From Macrostomum lignano (lineage: Eukaryota), in assembly GCA_002269645.1 (NCBI GenBank), contig NIVC01000102.1, positions 515,950-579,949 on the forward strand: DNA of 64,000 nt, given 5' to 3'. Under the pieces are notes generated by a model. It saw only the letters and a list, made by a program, of their open reading frames with translations, made no database searches and had not been told where the DNA came from. How positions within the stretch are numbered: position 1 is the first letter of the stretch; each line of letters begins with the position of its first letter. The position numbers and the translations under genes were made by a program. This document shows positions 32,727-46,062 of this stretch, piece by piece.

Positions 32727-35700
32727 CTTGCCGAAGTTTGCTTGCAGGAACTTTCACGTTCACCCCGTTTCAAATCGATTTGTCTAATTTTCGCAACGTT
32801 TGTATAACAAAAGTGAATTCAAATATTGTTCACTCTAATAAATTGACTGAAACCGGGCCTCATTTACAATTTACATCGGTTTAATATCTTCAAGCGTGTT
32901 TGCTTTAAGAGTGAAAAATTATTAATCATTGTTTTCAATTAATTTATGTGTAAGACTTGCACTTTGTCGAGACGTCAATCAAACGCGATTCAAACGCAAT
33001 TTTGACTTTATATTTCGAGGTGCCGAGTCACTTCCCCGCTTACAGTACCAACATGGTCTGATGCGAGAGCGCTTTTTAAATTGGGGCGCACTGTCGGAAA
33101 TTACAACAAAATACATTATCGATATTATACATTAACAGTCCTAACCCCCAACTAAACAAAAATGCATCCATACGAAATTCAATGATGAGATTTGCTACAT
33201 TATCCCCCCAACGGAAATTGACAATGTCCTCATTGGCAAAAAAACTGCATTACACAAGGAGAAAGTTACATGTAGTTTACCACAATTTTACAGTCACACA
33301 AAATTCACGGTATATGCATATAAGTAGTGAGCACATCAGTACTCGGCTTAATGCTACAGATCGGCAAAAGAGGCGAAGCACCGCACTGTGAGCAGCCAAG
33401 ATGCATCGCAAAAGAAACGGGCAACCAATGCTTCCATAACATTTCGGATGCTTGATTCCCCACAGAAATGCACAATACAGGGTTAGAAACACATGAAAAC
33501 AGCCCAAATGGGACTTGTGACATGCCAACTTGCTTGACAGTTGAATACATTGAATTGTGCGATTTCATTGGGACCAGGAACAGCAATCGGGGATTTAAAG
33601 GTACGATTTCGATTAAATGAACGAATTGTTGGATCGATAGGTTATGCCTTAATAAGAAGCAATAAAAGAATTTTTTTAATAAAATAGTGCGATTATTTTG
33701 ATATTGAAATATTGAGCGATAAAAGCGAAAGAAATATTTACACAGAAGGCATGAAAATAATAAGTAACACTGAAGTATTTCGCGAAGTGCATTAAAGCAG
33801 CTGAAATAGGGCAGCACAATTAGATCAATAATAAAAACACGACCGTAAATTCCAACAGAATTCTAAAGGGTATGCAGTACAGCGGCACGGCTGCGCCCAA
33901 CAAGGGCCAAACTGAACAATTACTAATCCCCACAGTCCAAAACCCGCCAAGCATCGACCACCGCCACACAAAAGAGGACTCTAGACAGATGGGGCAGCCA
34001 AAACGCGAACAAAATTGCGATTAAAACTTACAACATTGTACATGCTGAACTTCAATTAGGGAAAATTTGTGCACTCTGCAATTTAAGTCCAAGGAACCTC
34101 AGCACAGTCCATATCCTCACACTCTATCAAATGACGACCCAGTCAGCGTCAAGCACCTCACTGCTGTCGTCACTGGCCGCTCCGCTCCGAGGCTGATCCA
34201 GGGGCCGTGGCTGATGCGCTCGCTTCAGTTTGTTGACGTGGACCACCCGGCCAGCATCGCCGTCCTTGTACTCAACGGGGCGGACCAGGTAATTGACAGG
34301 CGATGTACGCCGCAGAACTCGAAACGGTCCGGTCCACGGTGCCTGATGCTTCCGTGGCAGGCCACTCGTCCGCGACAGGGCCGACGGCGGCACAAAGAGC
34401 CACACCAGGTCGCCTGCTCGAAAACGGCGCCGCGCCGCCTTCTGGTCGTAGTAGCGCCGCTGCCGTCTTTGTGCCGCTGCTGTCGCCAGCCTCACGGATT
34501 CGAAGGCGCTGAGCAGTCGATCCCGGTTGTCCGCGGCGAATTTTCCTGTAGTTCTCGGTGGCTCCGGCAGTCGGTAGACAATGTCCAGCGGCAAGGTCAC
34601 CTCTCGGCCCGTCATCAGAAAGTGCGGCGTGAAACCGGAGGTTGCGTTGACACTACTGCGGTAAGCAAGGAGACAGTGCGGCAACACCTCCTCCCACTCG
34701 TCGAACTGGACGGTCTGAAGGTGGCAGCGGAGCATCTGGTGGAGTATGCGATGGAACCGTTCTACCAGACCGTCACACTGCGGATGGTAACCAGACGTCC
34801 GCGTCTTCTGTACCGTCGAGCAGTCTGCAGAGGCTCCGGATTATTTTCCCGTCAACGGCCTTGCCACGGTCGGAGTGGAGGATGTGCGGTGCGCCCCACC
34901 GCGACACCCAATTGTCAAACAGCGCCCTGGCAATTGTTGCTGCTTTCTCATCCGGCGTAGGCACCAGCTCCACCCACTTCGTGAAGTAGTCCATGATCGT
35001 CAACAGACGATCATTTCCATGCCGAGACACGCCGATCTTAACCACATCGATGCCTATGCGCTGCATCGGGAAACTGCTCTCTATCGATCGAAGTGGTGCC
35101 CGCTAATGGCCGCTGGTTTTGGCGCGCTGGCACACCTGACATGCTCTGACTGCAACTCTGATGCTCTCGGACATTTTCGGCCAGTAACACCTCGACTTGA
35201 GGGCTGCCAGTGTCTTCGCTTCGCCCAGATGACCAACTTCGTGAATCTCATCGATCAGCTGCTTCGACTCCACCAGTCTGTGCAGGGCTCCATCAACGAA
35301 ACATAGTTCTTTGATCTTCTGCGCCAGGATCAGGCTCCCTGGTGGTAGTCGGGCTCGTTGCTGGTCGCTGAGTCTTGTCTTGCCTTTGGCGAGAAGACGA
35401 AATACTGGTCCGATGTCAGCGTCTTTGAGCTGCCGCTCACGCAGCGTCAGAGACTCGTTCGACTGCATTGCTCTCGCCTGGCCGGTCTCATTGTCGCCAT
35501 CATCATCCTGGTCATCACTATCGCTGGACTCCTCGCTTTCGCTTGGCCTCGGCTGCAGCTGCTGCTTCCGTCTAGATGGAGCGCGGCCAGCAGTCCTAGG
35601 GTCGTTCTGAGGGTCGGCTGCTGAAGGCGCAGGGTCTGTCGTCGCCTCGTTGACCAGCGCGAGTTTAGTACCACCAGCTTCCACTTGACAGGGTGTTGAT

Positions 35701-38700
35701 GCCGTTTGCACTGGTGTTTCAGCGAATTTTTCTGCTTGGCAAGCTACGTTCGCAACCGGCCTCGCTGTCTCCGCAATTGGCTCCGTTTGACAAGCTACCG
35801 TAGCTGACGGCTTCCGTAGTTCAGCTGCCGATTCTGGCCGACAAACCCGGCACTGAATCGTGCATTTCGATGTCCGGCGTGAAAGTGCATCGGCATTCGA
35901 GTGCTGACGTCCAGGACGGAACACTATCTCGAAGTCAAACTCGTCGAGGATTTGCAACCATCTCGCTAATTGACCCTCCGGTTCCTTGAAGTTCAGCAGG
36001 TACGTCAGGGCTTGATGATCGACTCTGATCGTGAATGGCCGTGCCAGCAGATAACTTCGAAATTTCTTTACAAATTCGACAACTGCCAGTAGCTCGCGCC
36101 GTGTCACGCAGTAATTGCGTTCAGCCCGAGACAGCGTGCGACTTGCATACGCCACGACTCGCTCTTCACCAGCCTGAATTTGCGACAAAACAGCACCAAC
36201 TGCGCAATCACTGGCGTCGGTGTCCAAGATGTACTCACCGCCAGTGTCGCTGGTGTCCGGAAAGGCCAGGATCGGCGCGGATGTAAGCACTTGCTTCAAC
36301 TGGTTGAAGGCCACTTCGGCGGCTGGTGTCCATTTAAAGCCGGTTGTCAGAGTCAGTCGCCTTAGCGGTTCTGCAATCTTGGCGTAGTCGCGAACAAATC
36401 TCCTGTAGTACGATGTCATGCCAAGGAAACTTTTGACGTCCTTGGCGAGTGCGGTTTTGGCCAGTCGCGCACTGCTGCTGTCTTCGACTCGTCGACTGCG
36501 ATGCCAGTCCTGGAGACTCGGTGACCCAGAACGATGATGCTGGAATTGGCGAAACGACATTTGGACGGCTTAAGACGCAAGTTGGCTTCGCGAAGACGCT
36601 CTAGCACCGCTCTTAGCCGATTGTTGTGTTCGGCCATCGTCCGGCCCATGACGATAACATCATCTATGAAGACAAGGCACGCTTGTCACGTGAGTCCCCG
36701 GAGCACTAATTGCATCAAGCGCTGGAATGTAGCTGGTGCATTGCGGAGGCCGAATGGCATTACGTTGAACTCAAAAATGCCTTCGTGGCAGACGAATGCC
36801 GTTTTTTCTTTGTCTTTCTCATTCATTTCAACTTGCCAATATCCGCTTTCCAGGTCGAGTGCGGAGAAAAAACTGTTGCCCTCCAGCGCATCCAGCGTGT
36901 CGTAAACGCGAGGCATTGGAAATGCATCGGGCTTGGTCACCGAGTTGAGCTGCCGGTAGTCGAGGCAAAAACGTGCCGAGCCGTCTTTTTTTCGAACCAG
37001 GACAATCGGCGACGCCCACTGAGAAGATGATGGCTGAATGACACCTCTGCTCAGCATGTCTTCGACCAGCTCTTTTTGCTGCACGATTGCCGTAGGAGCT
37101 GCACGGCGTATACCTTGCCGGATCGGTCTCGCATCACCGGTGTCGATGGTATGGCTCAGCAGACGGGTGCAGCCCTGGTTGCCAGGTGATGCAAACACGT
37201 CGTTGAATTCCAGAAGGAGGTCTCTGATCTGCTGCTGTTCACTCGCTGAAATTTCGTCGGCAATGTGCACTTCTCGAAGCCATGGTGCATTGCCATCTAT
37301 TGAGGTTGTCGCTGTTGCCATGCTGGTAAACTGGAGCCGCGTCCCGCCTTGGCTGCTGAGTGGCGTGAACCATCCGATGGTGTCGCCTTCTCTGACAGCC
37401 ACCGGTGCATCGCTAGCGTTGATGATTGCGACGCCCATGCCATTGTTCGATATTTTGGCTACACAGCGAGCAATCAAGACCTTCGATGACCTGCTACCGT
37501 TGACGATGCCGGGTGCCTCCGAACTTGTCCACGCGGTCACGTGCAACGGTCGGACTGGAACGGGTCCAACCTTCACCAGGCTGTAACTGAACTGCTGCTG
37601 CCGCCACCAGTTTGCTGGACTGCGCTGCCTGCTTCGACTTCCGCAGCGGCACTGTTGCTCCAAGGCCATTGAAAACGAGACAGCCCGAACCGAGATGAAT
37701 TAAGCAGTCTTGCTTGTCAAGAAAGTCACATCCCAGAATTATAGGTACATTTAAGTCTGTCACCACCAGAAAGGTGTGTTGAAACTGGACAGATCCGAGA
37801 GAGAAGTACAAATGAATCTCACCCAGCACGCTCGCCGGATTGCCACTCACGCCATAGATGGTTTTTTTGCTGGGTTTGAACTGCCGCCTGATTGATCGCG
37901 CGATGTTGAGACTGATGCAGGAAACTTCGGCACCTGTGTCGATCAAGCAGGGCCGACGACGTCTGCAGATGCGCGCGGTGACGAAACGCGCTTGACCGGG
38001 CTGGCAGCTGGGGCGTGAGGGCGGGGCCGATTTGCTCAGTGCCGAGAGGGCCGGTACTGGCCCTGTGGACCAGCCCCCCTGGCGTTTGGGCAGTTCCTTC
38101 GAATGTGACCTGGCAGATTACAGCTGTAACACACTGGCATTGGTCGGTGCGACGGATGATGGCCAGCTTGAGCTTGGGCCTGTTGCTGAGGTGGTCTTGG
38201 GGTCGCATGCGGCTGTCGATTCAGTGGCTTCCACGATGTTGTTGGGTCACTCTGGTGCTCACCACCAGGTCGTTGTCCATGCATTGGCGGAGCTGCTGAT
38301 CCCACCACGGGTGCCGACGTCGCCGTGCCGCGTTGATGCTGCTGATTATGTCCTTGGCCTTCCAGGAATTGCTGAGTCTCGCGGATCTGCTGAGCCCATC
38401 GGAGCGCTTGCTCTGTTGTTGTCACTGCCATTGGCATATTAAGAAGACGCTCTGACACATAGCTGTTGTTTAGGCCCTGGATTAACTGGTCCAAGACAGC
38501 CTGTTGAAGGAACTCGTGAGCACCTGCATCAGGAAATGCTTTGACAGCCAGGCGTTGCAATGCAGTGAGAAACTGTTCGAAGGTTTCATCTTTTCCTCGG
38601 TATCGACTTCGAAGCTCAAGCCGAAGCAAGGCTGTACTCTTTGCTCCTCCGTACCGCGCTCGCAGAAACTGTAGCAGTGAGTCATACCGTGCTCCAGGGA

Positions 38701-40209
38701 GGTGCTCCAGGTTTGAACCAACTGGCAACCCATGCAGGACGCACTGCTGGTCGAACCAAGCTGCGTACGTGGCAAATGCAGGTCCTAGATAAGCAATTAA
38801 AGTTGCAATTTTGCCGTGCTCACCCAATCCTGGGAACCGACTCATGAATGCTGACATTCGGCTTAGGAAGTCGTCAAAATTCTCTCAGCTATTGAATGGT
38901 GCAGGCTTGGGCACTGGTGATAAGGGAGGCTGACTGAATTGATGCTGCACTGGAGCATGCACTGCCTCTGCATAGATTGGTGTCAGTCGAGTCCCTGGTG
39001 TTGGTGCTGCCTGTTGCCCATGGTACAGGTGAGGCATACCTGTGCACGGCCTGGTGTTACTGCTGTTGGTTGCTCCTCCTTGCAGCGGGAATGCTGTCGT
39101 AGGTTGAGGTTGCCTCTCTGACTGTAGTGGATCTGGCGAGCTTGCAGCTTCACACTGTACGTTGTTGCACTTGCACTCGGTGCTCGGCATAATCAGCAGA
39201 AGCTAAATGATCATAGTACCTGTGTCTGTGTCTCCTTACTGGGCATGTCTCAGCACTGTTGATCGCATCGTCGAGCGTTTCAATTGTGTCAGATTCATGG
39301 AGATCGTGGTAACTCTGTTTTACTCGGTCCTGCTCTGGACGACCGGCAGCTGCAGCTGCTGCTGCGGCGCCGTGTATGGCTGTAGTAGGTATAGGCCTTA
39401 GTACATCTCAGCCACGAAGTTGCAGAAAGTCTTGCCTCCACATGCTCAATCTCGCTCCAACGACTTCGGTCCTGGCGTGGTCGCCAATGTAAGACTTGCA
39501 CTTTGTCGAGACGTCAATCAAACGCGATTCAAACGCAATTCTGACTTTATATTTCGAGGTGCCGAGTCACTTCCCCGCTTACAGTACCAACATGGTCTGA
39601 TGCGAGAGCGCTTTTTAAATTGGGGCGCACTGTCGGAAATTACAACAAAATACATTATCGATAATATACAATAACAGTCCTAACCCCCAACTAAACAAAA
39701 ATGCATCCATACGAAATTCAATGATGAGATTTGCTACATATGGCACAAGTTTAGGCACACAAGGACTAAGTTAACACTTTTAATTACTTGGTTACTGTCA
39801 CTATTAGTTTGTAATTATAAAGCAGAGCGTTGGGTATCCTAACGAGTCATGAAATGTAGCAATTCACAGATCGGTGGTACATTCATTTGCAAAAAATCTA
39901 TTTTGTACATTTCGCTGCCTGAATCATTCGATATGTGTATTATAGTTAGAAATTGTGTCCAATTTTGTTGAAAATATATTCCCAGTAAAAAAACTAAATT
40001 ATTCCATTTCTGTGTTAGGGCTTTACAAATCCGCCATATCCTTATACAAAATCTTAACACTATTATAAGGCGACTTCCACTTCCACTAATATTTAGAAAA
40101 TGAAAATTAGAAATACAAGAGCTTAAAAATAGGTTATTTAAGGTCCCGCAACAAAACTTTGGCTGGCAAATCTCGGCAAGCAAAATTTCTGCACGCAAAC
40201 GTCGGCAAG
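32727..40209. mobile_element. Probable ~0.7-kb non-autonomous TIR element hosting the second Gypsy
   Basis: Imperfect ~28-bp inverted repeats: cttgccgaagtttgcttgcaggaacttt at 32727 and the reverse complement cttgccgacgtttgcgtgcagaaatttt ending at 40209. No clear TSD. Confidence 0.45.
32949..39738 (-). mobile_element. Full-length but decayed Ty3/Gypsy LTR retrotransposon
   Basis: 251-bp LTRs at 32949-33199 and 39488-39738 differ at about 3 positions. 4-bp TSD TATG. PBS TGGCGACCACGCCAGGAC (tRNA-Arg-like). Gag has CYSCNLPGHIRRNC; then PR LIDTGA, RT FIDD, RH DASD, IN with GPY/F-like GPFRV. At least 3 in-frame stops and 3 frameshifts. Confidence 0.93.
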
Positions 40210-40980
40210 CCTATGTGCAGCAAGCAAACAATTCTCGCGAGCAATTTCATGGACCCGGTAGAATTCTTGGCTTTGTCCTCCTCACCGTAAAATCCATGGC
40301 GACGCCCCTGTGTAGCAGGCACCTCTAAATTAGATCACATGTAGATCTAGACAAATTAGATTAATTTTTAGTATATGGATTTTCAGAAAATTGCCAATGA
40401 TACAAAGTGCATGGACAAATTATTATAAGTAAAATTCTGCATGTATGTATGTGTATATATCTTTTGTGGTCCTTGAATGAATACATGTACCTGTATGCTG
40501 CCTTATTTTTTAGAAACCTTCTCTTTCGGTATTATCAAGAAAAACTTCCGCAATGAACACTTCAAATGAGTTTGCTTGCATACAAATAACTACCGCGTGA
40601 AACACGCTATGTATTAGGCTATAGCTGGTGGGAATTGGTGGAATCTTCAGGATCAAGATGGGGACCTCAGGTGTTCAACAGAGCTGCGTGAAGTTTAGAC
40701 GGTTGTGGGTAACGCAACTGTACAAAGGACTGTGACTCGAAGGGGCGCGTCTATAGGTTTCACTGGACGCATTAATGGACGTAACACTACACCAACGCTG
40801 ATCGCCTTACTGGCGCTGAAAAAACGTAGTCGAAGAAAAAGTGCTAAAGAAAATTATGCAAAAAAGTAGTAGCGCGCCCAGTGCTACACTCTTATTCATA
40901 AAAGGTTTGTTTAAATTAACTTCTTTCTGCACCCAAATTTAGCGGCGGTTTAAATTTTACAAAGTTAATCAAATAATTTT

Positions 40981-43801
40981 GGGGTGCCGTCAAAACGGCC
41001 ACATGCGGAACGGCCACACGACAAAACGCCCAGTGAAAAATGATTTATGGATTCCACGTGGGTTTCATGTGGCCATGTGGAATTTAAATGTTTCTTTTAT
41101 TTTTGCAAATTAATGAACTAAAGATTACATAATGGTATGCAAAGTATTTTTTATGCATTAATTTTCTATTTTTACTATCCTATTGTAGATGTGGATTTTA
41201 CAAGGAATTCATTAGAAATACGCGTATATTGATTCAACATGGAATCCACTTCGATAAAAAAACTAAGATATACTACATTCAGATGTTTTTATAAAATTAA
41301 TTTTATCAATTATTATATTTATGTGATTTTAAGTAAAACTTAATAACTTTAAGCTAAATTATTATCAAAAAATTAGACGCTGTTTGTTAAAATAGACAAA
41401 ATAGAAGTGGACAGTAAAAAATGTTTCGTGCTTTTTAAAATTGAATTTATTTTATTTTTATTCGTCAATGTCTTGGTTGGTTCAAGGCCTTGAAAGATAA
41501 ATTGCTGTGTTTATGGCTATTTAAGCACCTTATAAATTTTAGTAGGCCTAACCTATAGGCAATAGGCCCCCTACTTATAAGGCCATGGTCTCCATGGGAT
41601 TAGAAATCAGATAAATCAGTACTTTTTCATAGATGGCCTACTTTTGGTAAAATCCATGATAAAATTATTTATCCAATCTCTAGGAATCCCATGGCCATGC
41701 CTATAGTTTAGGCCATTTTATCAATTTTATCAATTACTCATTTTTAACTTCAATAGGCCTACAGAAGCTCATAATTTCCTCTTAGTCCTACCTACCTATC
41801 TGTTTATATGTATGCTTATTAGGCCTAGGCCTATTTTAAGCCGTAACTATCAAGTTATATCTTTCTATTTTAATTAAGGTTAGGACTAGCTTGACTTTGT
41901 GAATTGAGTAGTCAATCTAGCTATTCAGTTAAATCTATTAAATAATGATTTTCTGCAAGAAAGCCTGCTAGCATCTTTTGGACTTGTTGCATTTTTAAAA
42001 ACAATGTTATTAGATCTAATAAATAAATTCTTTGCAATTATACTTGCAACTTGCTTTTGGCATAACTAGCCTAGTAGCTAAGGTTGTTATTATGAATAAA
42101 TAATGATTATTGTAAGTTTAATCAGATGTAGGGCTAGGCCAAGTCTAGAATTTAATAGCCATGGGGCATAATGCCTATTTAAACTTAGGCCTCATGTTTT
42201 ATCATACTAGCAAATAAATGGAACTTGCATTGTTTTGCCTAAAAACTATATGGTCTAGAACCAATTTTAAAATTAAAAAATTAAATCTAAAAACATATAT
42301 AATAATAATTTCTATACTCATTATTTTATTGGTATTTCTATTTATTGACTTAGGCCTTGTTACTTTTGAAATAGTCTTTATTAAGTATTCATCCTTAAAA
42401 GTATGCTAATATAATCTATCAATCTTAATTGGCAACAACTATTTTTTTGTTTCATTTCAGCCTAACATCACGTGGCTTATCCTGAAACTTGGGTGTCACC
42501 TTGGTCTTGCCTTTAAAGAAGCATGCAAAGCTACTTGGAATTTGAATTTAATATCCAGAATGCTACCTTTTGTGAAGCAGTGGTAAGTTTTAGTTACAAA
42601 CTGATTTTTTTCTGTCATCAAAATGTACATTTATCTGTTATCCACAGATACTAATAAAATTCTGTAATTTAACTCATTTCTTTTCTAAGGTTTCTCACCT
42701 GACCTGAAGAAGCAGCATTCTGGCGATTGGCAGCAGCTTGTTTCTGAGTGTTCTAATTCTGGTGCATTATAATATTTTTAATTAATGCTATTGACAATGT
42801 CAGTTTCAAATTATATATTATATCATATGCACAACTCTTAAAGGTATCAATATCTACATCAGTGTGTTTATTCTTTGTGTGCCAGTGACTTACTACTGTA
42901 CATAAATACACCTTACTTATTGAGATATCCTTTTTGAATATTTTTTGTGCAGAAATATTTTTTGCCTTTAGTGTTTTATCTGTGTTTCAGTTTTTTATAT
43001 GGTATTGAGATCTGGGGTTTGTATGAAATTTTGAGATTTAAGATGCAATAATTTATTAGGGCAACCGGTATAATGGCTGCTACTCAATGACAATGTGGAT
43101 TCTATGTGAAATACATAATTACTTCCATGTGGATCTTCGATGTGGAATCCATATCTTGATTCCACATGGATGGACGGAGACAAATGCACATATGGATTTC
43201 ATATGAAAAATCCACATGGAATCCATATCATTTTTTTCACTGGGCGGCCACACCGTCAAAACGGCCACACGATGTAATAATTTGTAATAATAAGAGATAA
43301 GAGAAGTGGAGGGTTGATTGTACATTTAAGTAGAAAGATAAATGATGAACGATCGGGGGGGTGGCGTACATGGGGGCCGAGGCACTGGTCAATTAAGAAT
43401 AAAGGTGGATGGTTGCAGAGAGAGGAGCAAGTGCAGGCGCACTCATACTCAAATAACAATTTAACAACAGCGCAAAATATCTTATGGCAGTTAGTAGTTA
43501 TCTCTGATGCGAAATTTTTCATTTCATTTTTCATTTTTAACAATGGACGACAGTGGTGCTTCCTTTTCGGATCCTTTTCGGCCTACATAAATTTCACAAT
43601 ATCTCAATGCATTCACTTCTTTTGCATTTTGATAAATTGATTTGATAAAAATAATTAACATAACGAAGCTTCATTAACATAACAAATAGTCGATCTGCAA
43701 CCCTTTTTGTTTTATGTGGCCGTTTTGTCGTGTGGCTGTTTTGACGGTGTGGCCGTTTTGTCGTGTGGCCGTTCCGCGTGTGGCCGTTTTGACGGGCATC
43801 C
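40981..43801. mobile_element. ~0.6-kb MITE with long TIRs built of aaaacggccacac motifs, interrupted by a nested element
   Basis: Left end ggggtgccgtcaaaacggccacatgcggaacggccacacgac; the right end is the reverse complement of ggatgcccgtcaaaacggccacacgcggaacggccacacgac. No TSD was recognised. Confidence 0.75.
41029..43244. mobile_element. Non-autonomous CCC...GGG TIR element with 2-bp TSD (CMC/EnSpm-like), 2216 bp
   Basis: TIR CCCAGTGAAAAA(AA)TGAT..TATGGATTCCA at both ends. CG is duplicated at 41027-41028 and 43245-43246, and removal restores the host motif acgacaaaacggccacac. AT-rich interior with no transposase. Confidence 0.8.
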
Positions 43802-44937
43802 ATCAATTATTTCTCATGATTTAATAAATCCTGGCAATATTCCTAGGCCTATACAGCGCCGATTAACAGCCCATAATGTAGTTATTTTTGTTTTTTGTCC
43901 TCGAAAATTTCGTCTGCTTTGCCAAGCAATTAAGCCTGATCTCAATGTCTTACTAGCTCAAAAAGAAAAACTGGGATCAACCTACAGACGACTAGGCCTA
44001 CTATAGCCTGACTAGTGTAAGACCTTAGAAAATAGCTTTTTTAGTTTTAATGAGTATAAACATAAATATATATTAATAACATGTAATAGTATAATATAAG
44101 ATATAATGATATATTAATACTCATTTATTATACCTGCCCTTATTGCAGATTTGCAAGCATAAACTACTCAGCCATAGGCATAGCATATCTAATCCATGGA
44201 CCATAGTCTGGAACAATGTAGCTAGTCTGTATGTAACCTGGAAAAATGAGCTACATTTTTTGTTTATGCCAATATAGGCATAGCTAGGCCGGCCCTACAC
44301 TGTATACATGCCTTGGGTACAATTGTACAAATAGTACTAGGCCTAATAATTTTGGTTAGACTACATGTTGCTTCTGTGACAGACATGTTTCACCTTTGGT
44401 GGAAATAAAAGATTTAGTAAGTTGGTCATTTTAGTGACAGGAGGCACTTCATAATATCAGTTTGTAGTTTTTTTGTTAAGATTTATGTTTCATAGGCTTT
44501 ATATTTTAAAAATTGTATCAAAAGTAAAACATTAATATTATGATATCATGAGTATCTTTAATGGAGTTGAGCCATAACTGAATTTTTCCTAAAGCCATAT
44601 CTCAAAAATTTTTCTTGTAGCTTATTTGTATTTATATCCATATCCATAGCTAAAAAAACTTTTATAACTGTTAGTGTTATAAAATGCCAAGATATTGACC
44701 CTAGTGGACACTTTAAAGAGATAGTTAAACATTGCATATATGGCCCATTGTCAGTAAAGTTTCCTATATGCCAGAATTTTCTGGAATGCATTAGCCTTTT
44801 AAAGTTCATTAGCATGTTTGAATCTAAAAAGTTTTATTTAGTATACAAAAAAGAGTATATAAAGCTATTTAAAAATAAATGCAAGTATCTTCTAATTTCT
44901 ATAACAAAAGGTAAAACATTTCAAAGAAAAAGATAGT

Positions 44938-45232
44938 GGGGGCGTAGCCAGGAATTTTGATTGGGGGGGGGCGTGAGTTAGGGGGTGCCAGCTTCTTATA
45001 GGGGAAGGGGTGCCAGTTTCTTTTAGGGGGGGGGTGCCAGTTTCTTAAAAGGGGGAGAGGGCACCAGTTCTTTTAGGGGGGGGGCACCAGTTTCTTATAG
45101 GGGGGGGGGGGTGCGCCAGTTTCTTTTAGGGGGGGAGGCGCCAGTTTCTTTTAGGGGGGGGGTGCCAAGGCCAGAGTTGGTGATTGGGGAGGGGGGGCCA
45201 CGGCCTCCCTTGCCCCCCTCTGGCTATGCCCC
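44938..45232. mobile_element. G-rich MITE, PIF/Harbinger-like TIR GGGGCGTAGCCAG
   Basis: Ends ggggcgtagccag and ctggctatgcccc, with TAGT on both flanks. The interior has ggggggtgccagtttctt repeats. Confidence 0.65.
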
Positions 45233-46062
45233 TAGTTAAGAGGTAATAAGAGTGCAAATGAAAAAAATAAAAGTAGTATTTGAATGTGATAGTGCTATTT
45301 TAAAGAATTTAAGTACTAAAAGCTTTGTGTAATATAATTGCAAGTTGTTATAAAAGTGTAATAGACAATACTTTTTTTGTTATAATGTATATGACAATAA
45401 TATCAAACATAACAATAGAAAAAAAGGTCATTGATTGTTGCAATGTAAAAATGTCTTTAATTTTATTGCAGCTCAAAAAGTAAAATTGTATCATTTTGAG
45501 ATTTTAGTGAACATTACTCTCGTAATTTATGTTTCCAATTTTTGGCATATTTAAGATATACCTAAAATTTTGCAAAAAACCCGTGGTTTACACTGGACAC
45601 ATAAACACCTTCCTGACAAGCCTCTTCCTTTTCCTCTCTTCTTTCCATTCTTTTTTTCTGCCCTTTTCTTTCCTCCCACCTCCCCTTTCTCTTTTTTCCC
45701 ATTCTCTATTTCTCCTTCTCTCTTTTATTTCCCTTCTCTTTTTCTTATATTGTTTAAGTAACTAAAGTAACAAAATCTCCAATTCTTGCCAAGATCTTCT
45801 GCAAAGGCAATGGCCTACTTATCATTTCTTTCCAATAAGCCTTCTTAACTTAAGCCCCCACTATCCTAATCTCAATGTGTATTTGGTGTAAAAATGTGTT
45901 GTTGAAGAGCTCCCCTTGGAATGTAAAAATATTCATCCTCACTTAGTCCCTATCATCCAACCATGGAGATGGCATTGACAATTTATGTTGATGCTTGAGT
46001 CCTAAGTTCCAGTGACTTAAAGAGTTCCCCTCACTTAAAAAATGGCAACATTCATTTATTTC

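Noticed and set aside
33277-33817. Hydrophobic ORFs in the 3' region of the second Gypsy as a possible env-like gene
   Set aside because: AT-rich low-information sequence, two overlapping frames, and no recognisable motif.
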